Below, piece by piece: positions 60,601 through 62,963 of a DNA stretch of 62,963 bases. Made by a program: the position numbers and the translations under genes. Below the pieces are notes generated by a model. It searched no databases and was not told the DNA's origin. It was given only the letters and a program-made list of their open reading frames with translations. How positions within the stretch are numbered: position 1 is the stretch's first letter; the number at the start of each line of letters is the position of its first letter. This DNA comes from Chitinophagaceae bacterium (GTDB taxonomy: Bacteria; Bacteroidota; Bacteroidia; Chitinophagales; Chitinophagaceae), in the NCBI GenBank assembly GCA_020848815.1, contig JADLHL010000249.1, forward strand, positions 1-62,963, read 5' to 3'.

Positions 60601-62453
60601 GCACCACGGGCATTATAGCTTTGTTTTTTCTTTCTGAAATCTAAGACCGTGGTAAAATTGGCCATCAGGTTTGGATCGGTACTGGAGAGGTTGGCAGACA
60701 GCGATTCATTTACGAAAACGGCATCAGCCAAAATATCGTGATAGGTGTATCCGCCATACTCAATGGCCGATACATCTCCTTTCATTTTAATGGGAGTTGC
60801 AGCAGAAAAACCATTGCTGGAAATTTTTCCATTAAACTTCATCATCCCCATAGAAGGTACACCAAGCAACCTGGCACCGTTCAATTGTGCATTGCGGATA
60901 GTACCATCAAATCCTTTGGCCGGGCCATTCATATTCACCGCCACGGTTGCATCCATTCCACCGGCTGCTGTTTGTAAATGCCCATCAGTCGTAAAGTTGT
61001 TGATGGTGCCATCAAAACGCCCTTTGTATTGCAGCAATCCGGCGTTGTATAAAGGCGTAGACCGTAAGTCTTTTAATGCCGGTGCCCAAGGCTCAATGTC
61101 TTTCAAATCGAATTGGGAGCCGCCCGTTTCGGCTTGTATCACAGTTTTGTCTATATCAATCAGGCCCTTCATTTTGTAGGTACCTGTAAACCGGCTGTTG
61201 CCCGTACGCAAGTCGGCATTTTGCACCACAAAATTGCTAATTGTTCCAGTGGCATTTCCGCTCAGTGTGCCTATCTGGCCAATGCCACGAAGCTCGGTGG
61301 CAAAAAATCCAAGATCATCTGTGTGTACAGTGCTGTTGCGTAGCATGGCCGTTACCTGCACACTGTCTACAAAATCTTCCATGGCGTCGAGGCTGGTGTA
61401 GCGCATGGCGTAGTATGAACCCAGCCGGCTGTTGTTCAGCTGCAAATCCATGTTGGCAAATTCCATGAGCTGCGGATGCAAACGGAGATTGGTTTCAAAC
61501 CGTTTTACTTCCAGTCCGCTTCTTTCTTTGGCTGTAAGCTGCACTTTTGCCGTAAGTGTATCTGCGTTGAGCCGTACGTTTTTTAACCGTCCATCTATGG
61601 GCGTTACAATAATGTCTCTTTCGTCAAACAGGCCGGCAGTATACACTGGCCCATGCCGGTTAAAAATTTCAACCACCCCCTGCTTCACGTTTACTTCCCC
61701 AATAGTTAGCCGCATGCCATCGGGGTTCCACGATTCGGGGTAAGTACGCAAAGCATCCAGCGAATCTATCCGCCGCCAGTATTTGGCAGAGTCGGCCGAA
61801 GACCACAGACCCTGGCGTTTAAATTCCCGGTACTCAGGTTTTACTACATCAAGATTGGCTATCTCAAAATCAAGATTGTTTATATCAAACTTGTTGGCTT
61901 TTAGGTACAATTTTTCTACCCCGCCAATCAGGGTTTTACCACGCCATTTATCCAGTTGTTCAAACCGCAGGTTGCTGATAGAAACAATATCGAGCTGCAG
62001 TACCAAGGGTGCAGGACTGTCTTTTGCCGGGGTTGCAGCGGTACTGTCTGTACTGCCATTGCCGCCAAAAGCTTTTTTCAAAAAAGCGTGGTTCCAGGTG
62101 CTGTCTGTTCGCTGCAGCCGGATGAGCACATCCTCCAGTCTCAGGTAGTGAAGGCTGATGCTGTCTTTCCAAATCAGCCAATCGGTGGTATTTACCTGCG
62201 CCAACCCTATTGATAGCAAAGTGTCGTTTTGCTGGTCGGCTATGTACACGCCTTTCAAACTTACCCTGTTGAGCCAGCCGATGTATGCACTTTCCACTTT
62301 TACAGTAGTGCCCAGTTGTGCACTCAGGCGTTTGGCGGCCGTATGTGCCAGCCAGTTTTGAAAAGCAGGCGTTTGCAACAATAGCCACAGCAATGCCATA
62401 ATTGCAAGTATGGTAATGACAATGTTTTTGAATATGCGAAGTGCTTTTGCCAA
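57675..62453 (-). CDS. tamB: Translocation/assembly module TamB-like protein
   Basis: N-terminal TM plus Q.P.FQ. Long beta-rich body, then G.Y.IESG.Y.F and I.WNGNP..A.LNI.A.Y. Probable TTG start at 62453. Confidence 0.82.
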   Translation of the reverse strand: MAKALRIFKNIVITILAIMALLWLLLQTPAFQNWLAHTAAKRLSAQLGTTVKVESAYIGWLNRVSLKGVYIADQQNDTLLSIGLAQVNTTDWLIWKDSISLHYLRLEDVLIRLQRTDSTWNHAFLKKAFGGNGSTDSTAATPAKDSPAPLVLQLDIVSISNLRFEQLDKWRGKTLIGGVEKLYLKANKFDINNLDFEIANLDVVKPEYREFKRQGLWSSADSAKYWRRIDSLDALRTYPESWNPDGMRLTIGEVNVKQGVVEIFNRHGPVYTAGLFDERDIIVTPIDGRLKNVRLNADTLTAKVQLTAKERSGLEVKRFETNLRLHPQLMEFANMDLQLNNSRLGSYYAMRYTSLDAMEDFVDSVQVTAMLRNSTVHTDDLGFFATELRGIGQIGTLSGNATGTISNFVVQNADLRTGNSRFTGTYKMKGLIDIDKTVIQAETGGSQFDLKDIEPWAPALKDLRSTPLYNAGLLQYKGRFDGTINNFTTDGHLQTAAGGMDATVAVNMNGPAKGFDGTIRNAQLNGARLLGVPSMGMMKFNGKISSNGFSAATPIKMKGDVSAIEYGGYTYHDILADAVFVNESLSANLSSTDPNLMANFTTVLDFRKKKQSYNARGAVAYANLHALQLTKDSVVVSGLFDVDFTGTNIDDFRGYARIYDAEVYNKRQLLNIDSLYLQSSIDANNIETLIVQTNEADINISGDFDISDLPNGFQAFLHNYYPSVIDKPAKLPRNQLLTFSIETRNVEPFLDFIDPKLKGLNYTSLLGSLDTRQNELLVNLDMPYLEYGGVKLTNTAIRANGSNHALMLTGTIDELLVNDSIGFPNAQMLINTVNDTTKVQLTTRTNGPLGNASLNGFFFSKPDGFEARFEESSFILNNKKWTVKSNGSIEMRKGYLISNGLQLENDNQRIKMYTKPSDDGYWNDVYVDIDDFIMGDVLPFVVTEPRLEGLLSARTVIQDLMGKPYVTTEFSAKNFFFNNDSVGVITGTAQYDHATRILKSKIDSRNDGYDFSGLLSLNLNESANEQIDLEVDLRRERVNVLRKYLDGILDDVDGYATGKLALKGKMNAPSLLGDVLLNDGRLKVEYTQCTYWLAPTRLLFGDNYIDFGTVQLKDEKGRNGTMEGLMYHRFFDSLSFNMRMRSNGLQLLNTGSKDNDLFYGQAVGKASFDLTGPLNNLRMRITGATTDTSHIIIANKLSKESGTADFIVFKQYGRELENEADSTETNIHIELDLTATPLCQIDVIMDETTGDIIKANGTGNLKIKTGTTEETEMRGRYQIESGSYNFSFQTLFKKPFTLDGGENSYIEWNGNPYDANLNIGARYRAVGVSLRDLMASEQGQTVLDQSAQNYKGDVYVKARLTGLLSKPDIAFGIEFPQGSAMQNNLSAQQMLRQIESDKSEMLRQVTYLIVFKSFAPYKEGVGARNPGTDLAVNTISDLLSNQMGKILTSIIQEITGDRSLNIDFSTEVYNSNSLVGGSVNTPTGYDRVNFNFMLNKSYFNNRVVVNLGSDFDLNVRNTTSTGFQFLPDVSVEFILTNNRRLRAILFKKDALDFAGRRNRAGVSLSYRKEFDKLFSSNKEEALIFLKKPADDK

Positions 62454-62553
62454 AAGGGTTCTGCTGTTTTTCGAATGTTTGTTTGCTACTGTAAAAATAG
62501 TGCCCCCACCACTGCCGACCACGTTCTGGTACAGTAAATCAATAAATTAGCGC

Positions 62554-62770
62554 ATGAATCAGCCTGTTTACAACCGCTTTCGATACAACTAAACACTTTT
62601 TATTATTTACTGCTTGCTCTTGAGCGTTCTTCTGTTGCATTCAGCCCATGCACAAATGGCTGCACCGTTGTTGTTTTTTCAACAATGGCAAAGCAGGCTA
62701 CAAAGACGCTACGGGTAAAACAATTATTGCACCGCAATTTGGCCTGGCCGGAAGGTTTAGCGAAGGATTG
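62554..62770 (+). pseudogene. Degraded WG-repeat secreted protein
   Basis: ATG at 62554, in-frame TAA at 62590, signal-like TLFIIYCLLLSVLLLHSAHAQ. A frameshift near the T run at 62674-62679 is followed by NGKAGYKDATGKTIIAPQFGLAGRFSEGL. Confidence 0.6.
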
Positions 62771-62841
62771 ACAAATGGGAAAACATCAATCCGGGGGAGC
62801 CAATGGCTGTTTCGCATACAATGCTGATAATACAGGGGCAC

Positions 62842-62870
62842 AAAAAACCCCGGTTGGTGAAACCGGGGTT
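62842..62870 (-). terminator. Terminator of gene entering from right edge
   Basis: AACCCCGGTT/AACCGGGGTT plus T6 on the minus strand. Confidence 0.7.
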
Positions 62871-62940
62871 GAAATGCGTTTTCATTTACGGGGAGCCAAA
62901 TAACGGGACCGATATATGGAGAACCTAAATGATGCAAAGC

Positions 62941-62963
62941 TTAGTACCTGCCACGACCGCCGC
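62941..62963 (-). CDS. 3' end of a gene extending beyond the window (Gly/Arg tail, possibly an RRM RNA-binding protein)
   Basis: Reads ..GGRGRY* on the minus strand, with a terminator downstream. Confidence 0.4.

Noticed and set aside
1-62963. tRNA, rRNA, known riboswitches, transposases
   Set aside because: None recognised by eye. tRNAscan, Rfam and HMM searches would be needed to exclude them formally.

Overview
Core-genome window of a Bacteroidota chromosome, probably Chitinophagaceae-like (inferred from TAnnTTTG promoters and protein style). It holds the 3' end of an EF-G paralog, fatty-acid genes, a MATE pump, the his operon (hisGDCBHAF-orf-IE) with a His-rich leader attenuator, an AmgK/MurU-like pair, rsmI, purS, two tandem secreted S74-chaperone 'tail-fibre-like' proteins, pssA, pepP, ppdK, phoH, the S10-spc ribosomal cluster through secY/map, a VPS10/BNR protein, a Crp/Fnr regulator, a stand-alone fusA, rlmH, ompH and tamB. 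I saw no rRNA, tRNA, CRISPR array, transposase or prophage. The most notable signals are: (1) a ~30-bp palindromic repeat (6 copies), arranged as inverted pairs in the his operon and translated into the ends of HisA, HisF, HisH and PepP; (2) two secreted S74 fibre proteins with a shared C-terminal module and unrelated N-terminal heads; (3) an unannotated, doubly coupled 53-aa membrane microprotein between hisF and hisIE; (4) a uORF plus mutually exclusive pairings in the MATE leader; (5) twin FNR-like boxes facing a small structured, terminated transcript; (6) a pseudoknot-capable element between hisG and hisD. All family names come from motif recognition, not database searches.
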